From Candidatus Eiseniibacteriota bacterium (GTDB lineage: Bacteria; Eisenbacteria; RBG-16-71-46; CAVPCR01): a DNA stretch of 64,000 bases. Position 1 is the first letter of the stretch. Every line of letters starts with the position of its first letter. This document shows, one piece after another, positions 10,166 through 20,171 of the stretch. A program made the translations under genes and the position numbers. The notes under the pieces were generated by a model. The model had not been told where the DNA came from. It saw nothing but the letters and a program-made list of their open reading frames with translations, and made no database searches. The DNA lies in assembly GCA_963823555.1 (NCBI GenBank), contig CAWGMA010000003.1, positions 96,001 to 160,000 of the forward strand. Reading direction: 5' to 3'.

Positions 10166-13100
10166 CTAGCGGACGAGCACCAGACGATCCTCGAACGCTT
10201 CGCCTTCCACCTCGAGGCGATAGAAGTAGACCCCGGAGGCCACCGCCTGCGCGCCGTCGTTGCGGCCGTCCCAGGCGACCAGATGCCTCCCGGCCGCGAG
10301 CGGTCCATCGCAGAGCGTGCGCACCTGGCGACCCGCCGAATCGTACACGCGGAGCGTCACCGGCTTCGTCGCCCCCGCCGGCCCCACGTCGAAGGTGATC
10401 GTCGTCGACGGGTTGAAGGGGTTGGGCCGGTTGCCGAGGAGTCGCGTGCGGAGGGGCGCCGCGGCGACGGGCCCGGTGCCGGCGGTACTGACCACGGTCG
10501 AGACGAAGGCGTACAGCGAGCCATCGGCGGTGGTGACGAAGAGCATGTTACCGGCGATGGCCGGGGATGAGCGCACCGGGATGCCGAAGTCGAAACGCCA
10601 GAGCTCGGTGCCCGCGGCGACGTCGACGGCGTAGAGGTTCCCGTCATCGGCGCCGAAGTAGGCGGTGTTGTTGGCCACCGCGGGGGTCGAGTTGATCGAG
10701 CCCGTGACTCGCTGGTAAGGGCGCGAGCTGGCGATGGGCGCGCCGACGGCGAAGTTCCAGATGAGGTTCGTGCCGAAGGTCGGCAACCAGCCCTGGAGGT
10801 AAGCGGGGGTAGGGGGGGTCGACTGCGAGTTGCCCCCGTGGACGGCCACCACACGTGACGGCGTCACCACCACGCCCGCCGTGGATTCGGTCTGGCCGTA
10901 GGTTCCGGAGTAGAGGAGCTGGCCCGTGGTGAGATCGTAGGCCTTGAGCCGCTGGCTGGCGAAACCGCCTCCCGCCGTGTAGACGATGTCGCCGACGATC
11001 GCGGCGGAACGGTGCTGATGCGCGCCTCCCACGTAGCTCCAGCGGAGCGCGCCCGTGTTGCGGTCGAAGGCGTAGATGCCGCGGTTGGCCGTGAAGACGA
11101 CGGTGTCGCCGCTCACGGCCGGTGCCGAGTAGATCGAGGGAATGAAATCGGCGACCGGGCTCGCGTCCCCCACGTACTGCCATACCACGCCGCCGGTCGC
11201 CGCATCGAGGGCGGTCATGGCCGGGGTGCCGCCGACGAACACGAGGTTGCCGGAGGCGGTGGGCGAGGTCATCTCCCAGCGGGTCGTCGAGTCGCCGAGC
11301 TGAGCGGTCCAGAGCTGAGCCCCGGTGGCGGCATCGAGCGCGAACACGGTGCCGATCGAGTTGGTGAAGAAGACCCGGCCGCTGGCGACACAGGGTGTCG
11401 ACTTGACGTCGGTGCGGGCCGGGAAGCGCCACAGGAGGTTGCCGCTCACCGCGTCGAAGCAGTTGAGGGCGGCCTCGTTGATGGTGGTGATGTTGGACGT
11501 GCCGACATACACCCGGCCGCCGGCGACGACCGGCGACTCGACGTTGTTGCGCCCGCCCAGGTGCCTCACCCAGGCCACTCGCAGGGGCGGGATCAGGTCC
11601 TCGGGGGTATGCCCGCTGCCCGTGGCGTCGCGCTTGTAGCTGGGCCAGTCGGTGTAAGGATCGGCGGCGGTGACCGAGGCGCGCACCAGCGTGAAGGTGA
11701 TCTGTTCGGTGACGGGGCTCCCCGCCTCGGGCGTCACGGTGGCGGTGAGCGTGTAGTCGCCGTCGGGTGCGGCGGCGGCGTCCCAGGTGCCTTCCCAGGC
11801 CCAGGAGCCATCGGCGGCCAGAGGGTGCGGACCGGAGGACACCGGGCCGTCGAGGGCGAAGCTGGCCGACGTGAAGGGGTCCACCGAGTCGTATGCGTTG
11901 ATCCGCACCGCGACCGGGCCGGCGATCACCGTGTCACCGTCAGCGGGGATCGCGATCCTCGCGTGATCGTCGATCCCGTAGAGGTGGTAGGTGGTCTGGA
12001 TCGCGCCCGGGCTCATGTCGTTGGTGCGGAACCCGCGCGAGGACTTGTCGATGCCGGCATAACGGCTGGGTGGGGTGTTGATGTCGAAGATGCCCTCGAG
12101 GAGGCGCACGCGCGAGCCGTGCCAGTGCCCGGAGAAGGCGCCGACCACACCACCCAGCCCGTTGTAGAGCGCGATCTCCTCGGCCAGCGGCATCGTGTGC
12201 TTGCAGATCACGATGGGCAGGTTCTGCGAGTGTGCCGCCACGATGTCCTGGAACAGCCAGCCGAACTGGATGAACTCGCCGCGCACGTCGACGGCATCGA
12301 TGTCATTGTAGAGGATGAAGTGGATGCCGCCGTGTTCGAAGGAATAGCAGGTCGGGCCGATGTAGTTCTCGAAGTTGGTGACCCGCGGCGTGTCGTCGCA
12401 GGAGTCGTGGTCTCCGTAACCGGGGTGCAGGGGGATGGTGTGGCCGGCGATGCCGGCGAGGAAGGTGTCGAACTGGGGCTCGATGGAGCCGGTCTGAACG
12501 AGATCGCCGGTGATGATGATGAAGTCGGGAAGCTCGGGCAGCTGCTCGAGCTCCGCCAGGTCGGCGGAGAGCTCGTCCCCGGTGTAGGCATCGGTGTCGA
12601 CCTGCATGTCGGAGATCTGCACCCAGCGGAAGACCGGATCGGCGGTCTCCGGGGTGGCGACCAGGCCGAAGTAGACGGTGTCGGGGCTCGCGCCCGTCAG
12701 GCGGTGGAAGAAGGGAGTGGTCGCCGTGTAGCCGCTGGGGACGGTGACGAAGATGAAGCGCGAATCCTGGAGCGGCGTCAAGAAGCTGAACGACCCGTCG
12801 GCGAGGGTGAACTTGACTCCCGGCCCCAGGAAATCGTCGGGGAAGGCCTGGGTCCCGCGCGAAACGAGCACATCCTCGATGCCGGGCTCGCCGGCGTCGT
12901 AGGTCGAGTCAGCGTCCAGATCGAGGAACACCTTGCCCCAGGTGAGGACGGTGTCGGTGTCGGGAACGGCGCGCGCCATGGGCAGCGGATCGCGCAGGAG
13001 CAACGGCGGGCGCGCCTCACCCGTAGCGTCCCCGGGCGAGGGACAGGGTTCCAGCTTCCGGGTGCGGAGGGCGACGTAGGCGTCGATGTAGACCTGCTCG

Positions 13101-13300
13101 ACCTCGGAAGAGAGCGTGGTGCCCGCCGGCAGGGAGGCGGCAACCGCCGCGAAATCGGTCCGGGCGCGGGCGCGGAGCGCCTCGCGATCGATGTCCGGCA
13201 CCTGCGGGCCGGGCGCGGCCGCCCCGGCCGTGGCCGCGACGAGGACTGCCGATAGGGCAAGGAAGCCGATCGCGGCGCGATCGAGCCGACGTGTCTTCAT
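10166..13300 (-). CDS. Secreted metallophosphoesterase + Ig + PQQ-like beta-propeller protein with FlgD-Ig/T9SS-like C-terminal domain
   Basis: Signal peptide MKTRRLDRAAIGFLALSAV; ISDMQ, ITGDLV, GDHD, SGHWHG motifs; repeated LDAATGxxxW propeller blades; NRPNPFNPST C-terminal domain. Confidence 0.85.
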   Translation of the reverse strand: MKTRRLDRAAIGFLALSAVLVAATAGAAAPGPQVPDIDREALRARARTDFAAVAASLPAGTTLSSEVEQVYIDAYVALRTRKLEPCPSPGDATGEARPPLLLRDPLPMARAVPDTDTVLTWGKVFLDLDADSTYDAGEPGIEDVLVSRGTQAFPDDFLGPGVKFTLADGSFSFLTPLQDSRFIFVTVPSGYTATTPFFHRLTGASPDTVYFGLVATPETADPVFRWVQISDMQVDTDAYTGDELSADLAELEQLPELPDFIIITGDLVQTGSIEPQFDTFLAGIAGHTIPLHPGYGDHDSCDDTPRVTNFENYIGPTCYSFEHGGIHFILYNDIDAVDVRGEFIQFGWLFQDIVAAHSQNLPIVICKHTMPLAEEIALYNGLGGVVGAFSGHWHGSRVRLLEGIFDINTPPSRYAGIDKSSRGFRTNDMSPGAIQTTYHLYGIDDHARIAIPADGDTVIAGPVAVRINAYDSVDPFTSASFALDGPVSSGPHPLAADGSWAWEGTWDAAAAPDGDYTLTATVTPEAGSPVTEQITFTLVRASVTAADPYTDWPSYKRDATGSGHTPEDLIPPLRVAWVRHLGGRNNVESPVVAGGRVYVGTSNITTINEAALNCFDAVSGNLLWRFPARTDVKSTPCVASGRVFFTNSIGTVFALDAATGAQLWTAQLGDSTTRWEMTSPTASGNLVFVGGTPAMTALDAATGGVVWQYVGDASPVADFIPSIYSAPAVSGDTVVFTANRGIYAFDRNTGALRWSYVGGAHQHRSAAIVGDIVYTAGGGFASQRLKAYDLTTGQLLYSGTYGQTESTAGVVVTPSRVVAVHGGNSQSTPPTPAYLQGWLPTFGTNLIWNFAVGAPIASSRPYQRVTGSINSTPAVANNTAYFGADDGNLYAVDVAAGTELWRFDFGIPVRSSPAIAGNMLFVTTADGSLYAFVSTVVSTAGTGPVAAAPLRTRLLGNRPNPFNPSTTITFDVGPAGATKPVTLRVYDSAGRQVRTLCDGPLAAGRHLVAWDGRNDGAQAVASGVYFYRLEVEGEAFEDRLVLVR

Positions 13301-13418
13301 GCGTTCGTGGGGATACCACCGGATCACGGATGACCTCAGCTCTGGATGTTCAAGGCCGGTGGGCTGGACCTGAAGGTAAGGTGGCGGAGCCAGGCTCCGC
13401 TGGGGAGCGATCACCATC

Positions 13419-13449
13419 ATTATAGGGCAAGGACTGGACTTGCGTCCAG
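13419..13449 (-). promoter_or_regulatory. Sigma70-type promoter with palindrome over the -35
   Basis: Minus strand TGGACG-N18-TATAAT; CTGGAC-TTGC-GTCCAG inverted repeat at 13434-13449. Confidence 0.45.
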
Positions 13450-13575
13450 GGAACGGGGCGCGGAAACGCATCGGGCCGGTGCTGAGCCCAGGGGCAGTTG
13501 CCCCAGGATGTCCCCGATCGAGAAGGGGGGAGATCGGGGCGTATCGATCGTTCCGTCGCCGGCGGAGCCTCCGGG

Positions 13576-13605
13576 TTGACAGCGAGATGGGGCGATCGTC
13601 ACAAT
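13576..13605 (+). promoter_or_regulatory. Sigma70-type promoter
   Basis: TTGACA-N18-CACAAT upstream of the 13713 ORF. Confidence 0.5.
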
Positions 13606-13712
13606 TGAGTGCAGAGCAACCGCTTCCTGCCTCGCTGGGAATCCCGCCGCCGCGCCGCGGCGGTGCCATATCCACCGCGCAGGCGGCGCCTGACCGCGGA
13701 GAAGGGAACGGC

Positions 13713-13979
13713 ATGAGCGCGAAGCTCGACGCGGCGGATCTCGTGCAGGAGCTCCGCCAGTTCGCTTTCGATCTCACCTTTCTCGCCCAGGAGAAGCTCG
13801 ATCTCCTCGGAACGCTGCGCGCGATCGCCGAGGAGGGGCGAGTCGGCAATCAACCCGTATCGGTCGCCGTGGTCCATGACCTCAACGAGTGCATCGAAAC
13901 CATCATGTCCAGCATCGAGGAGTTCGACGAGCGCGTCGAGGCCTTGGCGCGGTCTCTGGGGCTCGAACGTCTGGAGTGA
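13713..13979 (+). CDS. Hypothetical helical protein, 88 aa
   Basis: MSAKLDAADLVQELRQFAFDL...; GC3-rich codons, GAAGGG upstream, amphipathic helices. Confidence 0.65.
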   Translation: MSAKLDAADLVQELRQFAFDLTFLAQEKLDLLGTLRAIAEEGRVGNQPVSVAVVHDLNECIETIMSSIEEFDERVEALARSLGLERLE

Positions 13980-14005
13980 CGCCCCCTCGCGGAGAAGTCT
14001 CCGCC

Positions 14006-15519
14006 ATGCGTCACCCGTTCGCCTGCCGATCCTGCTCCTTGCCCTGGTCGCCGCTGTCCTGCCGCGCACCGGTGGCGCCACGCTCGTCTGGCCGCCGTCG
14101 CCGGATCGCCCGATCACGGAAGTGCCGGCGGACTACGCGCCGCCCGCGGTTGCCATCGGCGCCGCAGGGGAGATCTACGTTGCGCTCACGCGTTTCGATC
14201 CGCCGGGCACGGTGGGCGTCGAGATCCTGCGCTCGATCGATGACGGCGTGACCTACTCTCCCTACGGCGTCTTTGCCGATCCCAATCCGGAGCACAACTT
14301 CCTCGCGCCGGCGCTCGTGCATCTGACCGGGGCCACGGGGGGCGACGCGCTCGTGGTTGCCCTGCTCGAGCAGACTCCCGATGAGTTCCGCATGCGCGTG
14401 GCGCGCACGCTGGCCGTCGATCCGCCGAGCTGGGAGCTAGAGACCGTGGTGGTGGCCGAGGTCATCCAGGAGCCCGCGCTCGCCGTCGATCCCGAGGATC
14501 CCGATCGCGTGTATCTCGCCTACCGGGCGCCACGCATCAACGGCGGGCTCGAGGTAGTGCTCGACTTCGCGCGCTCCACCGATGGTGGCGCGAGCTGGAG
14601 CGTGCCGGTCGAGGTGGCATCGGCCCTGATCCCGGAGGAGATCACGAGCGCGGCGCTCCACGCCGGTCCGGGCGGGATCGTGCATGTGGGCTGGGTGGTG
14701 CGCGACCTCGTCGCCTCGCGCCTGGCTCATCGCCGGCATCTCACCGGCGGCGACCCGGCGGTCCCCTTCGAGGCGGAGACCGGGGTCGTGGGCGCTGCCC
14801 TCGCGCCGTCGGCGGTGTGCATGAGCGGCAGCACGGGTCCGGATGTGCTTGCGATCTATGCCGCCGGTGACGGCGCGTTGCGGGCCGCGCACTCGACCGA
14901 CGAGGGCGCGACCTTCATCGCCCCCGACGTGCCGCTCGTCGCGGCCGCCGAAGCGGCGGCGGAGTTCGTCGCGGCGCGCGACGATCTCTATGTCTATCTC
15001 CTCTATCGCGCCGGCGGGGACGAGATCCTCTATCGCCCGATCCTGGCCCGGAATCCCGGCGGACCCAGCTCTGCCTCCGCGGTCAGTGACGACGGGGAGC
15101 CGACCTTTGCGCTCGGCATGGCGGTGTGGCCGGGATCCGGGCCGGCAGCGGTGTGGTTGAAGCGGGAGGGCGAGCTCGGACGGCCGTTCCTCGATGCGGT
15201 GTGGTTCGGTCCAGCGGCCATCGATCTGGCGGCCGCGGTACCGGAGCGCGTGAAGGTCGGTGCCAGTCCGAACCCATTCCACGAATCGACCACGGTCGAG
15301 ATCGAGCTCGTTGCGGCAGGATCGATGCGCATCGCGGCCTACAATGCTGCGGGGCGCCTCGTGCGCGTGCTCCACGATGGTCCGCTGCCGGAAGGACGGA
15401 GCCGGATCCCCTGGGACGGGCGTGACGCGAGGGGGGGCCCGGTGGCTGCCGGCAGCTACTACGTCCAGCTCCTGTTCCCCGGTGGCCAGGCCGGCGTGCG
15501 GGCCGTCAGCCTAAGGTGA
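14006..15519 (+). CDS. Secreted BNR/Asp-box (sialidase-like) propeller protein with FlgD-Ig C-terminal domain; apparent frameshift in signal peptide
   Basis: Asp-boxes RSIDDGVTYS, RSTDGGASWS, HSTDEGATF; ASPNPFHEST domain. RBS-associated ATG 14006 is out of frame with the body by one base. Confidence 0.75.
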
Positions 15520-17424
15520 CATCCCGCCTGGCTGCCCGGGCGACATCCCCCCGCCCGCCCGCGCCGAATCCGCCGCCTGGGCCGCCGCCGCCATCTCGTA
15601 CTGGAGCGTGATCGCGCGCCGGGCGGTCGTCGAATCGGTGGGGTCGAGCCGGAAGGCCTTGATCCAGGACGCGAGCGCCAGCTCCGGCTCGCCGCGCAGC
15701 ACATGGAGCCGTCCCAGATCCTTCCAGTAGCGGGCGCGCGTCGAATCGATGGCGATCGCGCGATGGTAGAGAACGAGCGAGGAATCGCGTTCTCCGCCCT
15801 GCTCGAGGGTCATCGCGAGCTGATCGAGAGCGTCGGCGTATTCGGGATCGATGGCGAGGGCCTGGCGGAATGCGGCCCCGGCAGCCTCGAGATTGCCCCG
15901 CCGCCTCTCAGCCACGCCCAGGTTGAAATGGGCGAGGGCGAAGCGGGGCGCGAGCCCGATGGCCTCGCGATAGGACGCGATCGCGCCTTCCACGTCCCCC
16001 GCCTGCTCGCGCAAGTATCCGAGGTTGACCGCAGCAATCGCCGGGTTGTTGCGATCGATGGCGGCGAGGGGGCGGTGGAGGACGAGGACGATCCCGGCGA
16101 CGAGAAGCGCGGCGGGGACGAGCGGCTTCAGGGCGCGGGTGCCGGCGAGCGCGACCAGCGCGACGACGCCATAGCCCGCGAGGGGGAGGAGCGGCACCGC
16201 GAGCGGGAGCCGGTAGCGGGCGGTCACGAAGTAGAGAAGGATTCCGAGGGCGTAGGCGAGGGCGCCGAGGGCAAGGAGCGCCGCCGCGCGGCCAGGGGGC
16301 TCCGCCGAGACGACGGCGGCGGGCAACAGCCCGGGCACCCTCCCGCGGAAGGCCAGGGCGCTCGCCATCCCCAGGATGCCGAGCGCGAGCACGATCGGGT
16401 AGGCGGGGAGCGGCAGGCGCTCGATCGCGATCATCTCCGCGGCGGTCTCGGGGTCCTCGTTGTCGCCCTTCTCGTAGGCATGGAAGAGGAGGGACGCCTT
16501 CTTGCCGGTGAGCCGGAGCCAGTCGCCGGGATTCTCGCCGATCCACTTGAGGGCCTCGTTCCGCCAGTAACGCGAGGACTCGACGAGGCCGACCTCTCGG
16601 CCCAGGCGGCGCGCCGCCTCGCGCCGGTAATCCTCATGCTCGGTGAGGGGGCCCGAGCGCACGAAATCGGGCTGCAGGTTCGAGCCGTCGGCGCCCGGCC
16701 GGTTCCCGACATAGAACGTCTCGCCGCCGTGCGCGGTGATGAGGATCGGGGAACCCGCCACGGCCCAGTTGCGAATCGTCACCGGGGCCACGGCGAGGAC
16801 GAGGCCGAGCGCGGCGATCGTGGCGCCGCGGCGCGAGGCGACGACGAGCCAGAGGATGACGGCGAGCGGCAGGAGAGTCGGCCGCGCCAGGAGCCCGAGC
16901 CCGAGGACGAGTCCCGCGGCGAGATGGCGTGCATCGACGCGCCCGGGCGGACCGGCGCCGCTTCGCGCCTGGTCCGCGGCGAGGGCGAGGTAGAGCGCGA
17001 GAGCGCCGAGGAACACGATCAGCGTCTCGGTGAGGAGGAGATCCTCGTAGAGGAGGAAGGGCCGGTAGAGCGCGGCGAGAAGGCCCGCGGCGAGCGCCGG
17101 GCCGGCGCCGAAGGCGCGGCGCCCGGTCATCGCGATCAGGGCCACCGTGCCGACCCCGAGGGCGTGCTGCACGAGGCGCGCGAGCTCGGCGCTCGGACCG
17201 AAGAGGCGATAGAGAACGCCTAGAAAATAGGCGTAGAGCGGGTTCGCAAAGAAGGCGCCCTGGCCGATCCAGTCGCCCGCGGCGATGCGGCGGGCCCAGG
17301 CATCGTAGAACTCGGCGTCGAGGATGAGTGCGGCCGCGAGCGGGCTCCGCGCGAAGCCCGTCATGTGCGCGATCCGGGCCACGACCGCCACCGCGACCGC
17401 GATGGCGATCGGGTTGGCGAGCAA
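15511..17424 (-). CDS. GT-C fold (GT39/PMT-like) membrane glycosyltransferase with C-terminal TPR repeats
   Basis: LDAEFYDAWA, NPLYAYFLG, multiple TM helices, FVTARYRLP, TPR repeats. True start may be upstream. Confidence 0.8.
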   Translation of the reverse strand: MLANPIAIAVAVAVVARIAHMTGFARSPLAAALILDAEFYDAWARRIAAGDWIGQGAFFANPLYAYFLGVLYRLFGPSAELARLVQHALGVGTVALIAMTGRRAFGAGPALAAGLLAALYRPFLLYEDLLLTETLIVFLGALALYLALAADQARSGAGPPGRVDARHLAAGLVLGLGLLARPTLLPLAVILWLVVASRRGATIAALGLVLAVAPVTIRNWAVAGSPILITAHGGETFYVGNRPGADGSNLQPDFVRSGPLTEHEDYRREAARRLGREVGLVESSRYWRNEALKWIGENPGDWLRLTGKKASLLFHAYEKGDNEDPETAAEMIAIERLPLPAYPIVLALGILGMASALAFRGRVPGLLPAAVVSAEPPGRAAALLALGALAYALGILLYFVTARYRLPLAVPLLPLAGYGVVALVALAGTRALKPLVPAALLVAGIVLVLHRPLAAIDRNNPAIAAVNLGYLREQAGDVEGAIASYREAIGLAPRFALAHFNLGVAERRRGNLEAAGAAFRQALAIDPEYADALDQLAMTLEQGGERDSSLVLYHRAIAIDSTRARYWKDLGRLHVLRGEPELALASWIKAFRLDPTDSTTARRAITLQYEMAAAAQAADSARAGGGMSPGQPGGMSP

Positions 17425-17527
17425 CGCCGCGAGGAACGGCCCGGAAGCGCGCGGGCGCCGGGGCGGTGCAGCTCGCTCGGGGAGCGCGGGCGGGGCCGCG
17501 TGTCCTGGGCCCCGCGTCGCGAACGAC

Positions 17528-18328
17528 TCACCAGAGGAGGGCCTTCACCGCGCCCCAGCTCGTTTCCTCCACGGGAGCCGGCGCGCACGTCGTCAAGTTG
17601 GTCATGATGACGCCCCAGCGATTGCCGATTCCGAGCCCGAGCGTGTTCATGTCGACCCAGTCGCCGTCGGCTCCGGTCTGGTTGATATAGCCGAGATCGG
17701 CGAACCCATCTTCGGCGTTGCGCGCCATGAACCAGTGCGGACCGAAGATCTGGGCGACGACGCGGTAGACGACCCCGACGAAGACCCGCTCGCCATCGGC
17801 GATCGGGACCTGCCGATCGCAGATGTCGTAGACCGAGAAGGACGGGAACTCGGTCTGCAGCACCTGCCGTGCGCCGTAGGCGGCGAGGCCGCAGGCGTCG
17901 TTCGGTAGCCCGCCGACGCTGCGCCAGACGAAGAGATAGAAGGTGTCACCGATGGGCGCCGTCGCGAAGCAGAGCGCGATCTCGCCGATGCCGCCGTCGA
18001 GGCATCCGTTCACGACGAAGGCGAAGCCCGTGAGATCCCCCTCCCGTCCCGATTCCCCCGGCAAGCAGGGGGTCTGGGTGCGCTCGGCGCCGAAGATGCC
18101 GGCTTCGGCATCCAGATCGTTGGTCTGGCCGGTGGTGCAGCCATCACCGGTGAACACCGGAGGCACCGCTCGAACGCCGGCGGGAAGCGCGCGCGCGATG
18201 ACTGCCGCCGGCGCTCCGGAGTCCGGGGCAGCGCTCTCGTCGGCCGGCGCGTTCGTGCTCGTGGTCGCGGCGATCACAGCCAGGGCCAGAAGCACCGGGT
18301 GTAGCGGTCGGGTCGCCATGCCGCGCAT
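17528..18328 (-). CDS. Secreted Cys-containing protein with C-terminal PVEETSWGAVKALLW tail
   Basis: Signal peptide after ATG 18328; GC3-biased coding; tail similar to that of the 49867 protein. Confidence 0.75.
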   Translation of the reverse strand: MRGMATRPLHPVLLALAVIAATTSTNAPADESAAPDSGAPAAVIARALPAGVRAVPPVFTGDGCTTGQTNDLDAEAGIFGAERTQTPCLPGESGREGDLTGFAFVVNGCLDGGIGEIALCFATAPIGDTFYLFVWRSVGGLPNDACGLAAYGARQVLQTEFPSFSVYDICDRQVPIADGERVFVGVVYRVVAQIFGPHWFMARNAEDGFADLGYINQTGADGDWVDMNTLGLGIGNRWGVIMTNLTTCAPAPVEETSWGAVKALLW

Positions 18329-18374
18329 CCCTGCCTTTCCTGTGCGGCGCTGACTCAAGGCTAGCCGCTCCCGG

Positions 18375-20171
18375 CTATCTGAGCAGCACCATCTTGACCT
18401 CGGCGCCCGCGACACCGGAGAGGCGCGCGATGTACACGCCCGATGGCGCATCTCGACCGTCTTGATCGCGCCCGTCCCAGACGAGAGCAGTGGTCTCGAA
18501 GGCCGATCCCGGCGCCGTCAGGCGGCGCACGACGCGCCCGCTCGTGGCCACGATGTCGAGGGCGAGCGCGCCATCCAGGGCCGGAGTCACCGGGACCACG
18601 ACGCGGGGGTTGAAGGGGTTGGGGCGCGGGCTTCCGAGGCGCGCCGCGGCGATCGGCGCCGGCTCGGCCGCCGCCACGCCGGACGTGGGCGGTCGCACAT
18701 CGGCGGTGCGGAGCGCGAAGTGCGTGGCGTCGCCGAGGGGGTCCGCGAGCACGGCTGCGGCGTCGCCGGTCTGGTTGTTGGCCACGAGCGTGACGCGCAG
18801 GCGATCGGCCTCGGGCGTCGTTCCCGGATCGGGGAGCGACGGCGGGGCGCCCGCCGGCAGGGCCGGCAGCGTGAAGCCGAGCTCGGCGGCCGGCACGTAG
18901 ACGACCCAGTGCGTCGTCGTCGGCACACCCGAGCCGCCTTCCACATCGGTGAGGACGAAGCCGGCCTGGGCCCACGTCGGGGTCGGCGACACACCCGGGT
19001 TCGTGGCATCGGTGAAGTCGAAGCGCGAGCCCTGCTGCGCGATCTCGGGCGTCAGCATGAACGTGTCCATGACGAGGGTCGCGGGAACGGCGAAGCCGTC
19101 GCGCTTGATGATCCCGGAGAGGAACTCCGGCGTGGCGGCGCTGTCCCCGTGCGTGGCGACCACGGCATTCACGGCATCCGCGAGATCGCCGGCCGGGTTG
19201 AGCGAGGACAGGGTGAGCGCTGATCCCTGGTCGATGAGCCGGCTCTTGCCGTCGTAGAGCACATAGCGCTCGAGCCCTCCCGGCTCGGTGATGCGCGCCG
19301 CGGAGCCGGCCGAGATCTCATCCCCCGCAGGGACCCCGGCAAACTGCACGTTCAGGGTCGGGCTCAGATTGAGATCGACGTCGATGTCGATGACCGCGCC
19401 GTTCGTGATCGCACGGTGGCGCTCGACGCCGACCTCCCGCATCGAGAACGCGTTCAAGAGCGCGAAGAGGTCGGTGCCACCGAGAGCGGTGAGGTCGGCG
19501 ATCGCGATCCGACCGGAGAGACAGAACAGGGACTGCGTCGTCTGATCGGGGAGGTCGATCTTGTAGACCGGCTTCTGGAACACGAGGAACAAGAGCTCGG
19601 TCTGCGTCGGCATGGTCATGATCCCCGGCACCTCGGTGGGACCGATGGGGGCGGGGAAGTTGGCCGTGTCTGGCGGCGACTCGAAGGGTGCGCCGCCGCT
19701 ACCGAGCAGGGTGGTGCCGATGAGCGAGGTCAGATCGAGCGCCGGCAGCGCAAAGCCGATGTCGAGGTTGCCGTCGTTGGACGTGGTCGCGATGTTGAGA
19801 CCGCGCCCGGTGACGCGCGCCACGGGGTCGGGGAGCGTGTCCGGAGCGGCGCGGAGCGGCAGGTGGAGCGTCACCGTGCCGAGCGGTGCCGCGGTGATGG
19901 TCACATAGGCGTGCTCCGCGGTGCCGGCGGTGACCATCTGCGATCCGATGAGCCCCGGGTCGGAGAAGAGGATCGTGCCATCCGGGCCGGTGAGGCCCGA
20001 GTTCCCGGGGAAGGGATCCTCCGCCGCCGGCCCGACGAGAACGAAGGCGCCGGCGATGGGCCCGCCGGTGGCGGGATCGAGGGTGCGGACGAGAAGGGTC
20101 TCTGCCGAGGCGGCCCGGGCGGTGAGAACGACGACGAGGAGAGCAAGGAGTCGCAGGAGCATGGTACTCAT
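18375..20171 (-). CDS. Secreted beta-rich protein with FlgD-Ig/T9SS-like C-terminal domain
   Basis: Signal peptide ...ARAASA; SPRPNPFNP...WDGRDQDGRDAPSGVYIARL...KMVLLR. Confidence 0.8.
   Translation of the reverse strand: MSTMLLRLLALLVVVLTARAASAETLLVRTLDPATGGPIAGAFVLVGPAAEDPFPGNSGLTGPDGTILFSDPGLIGSQMVTAGTAEHAYVTITAAPLGTVTLHLPLRAAPDTLPDPVARVTGRGLNIATTSNDGNLDIGFALPALDLTSLIGTTLLGSGGAPFESPPDTANFPAPIGPTEVPGIMTMPTQTELLFLVFQKPVYKIDLPDQTTQSLFCLSGRIAIADLTALGGTDLFALLNAFSMREVGVERHRAITNGAVIDIDVDLNLSPTLNVQFAGVPAGDEISAGSAARITEPGGLERYVLYDGKSRLIDQGSALTLSSLNPAGDLADAVNAVVATHGDSAATPEFLSGIIKRDGFAVPATLVMDTFMLTPEIAQQGSRFDFTDATNPGVSPTPTWAQAGFVLTDVEGGSGVPTTTHWVVYVPAAELGFTLPALPAGAPPSLPDPGTTPEADRLRVTLVANNQTGDAAAVLADPLGDATHFALRTADVRPPTSGVAAAEPAPIAAARLGSPRPNPFNPRVVVPVTPALDGALALDIVATSGRVVRRLTAPGSAFETTALVWDGRDQDGRDAPSGVYIARLSGVAGAEVKMVLLR

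Noticed and set aside
11012..13255. 747-aa plus-strand ORF
   Set aside because: Antisense to the phosphoesterase/propeller gene.
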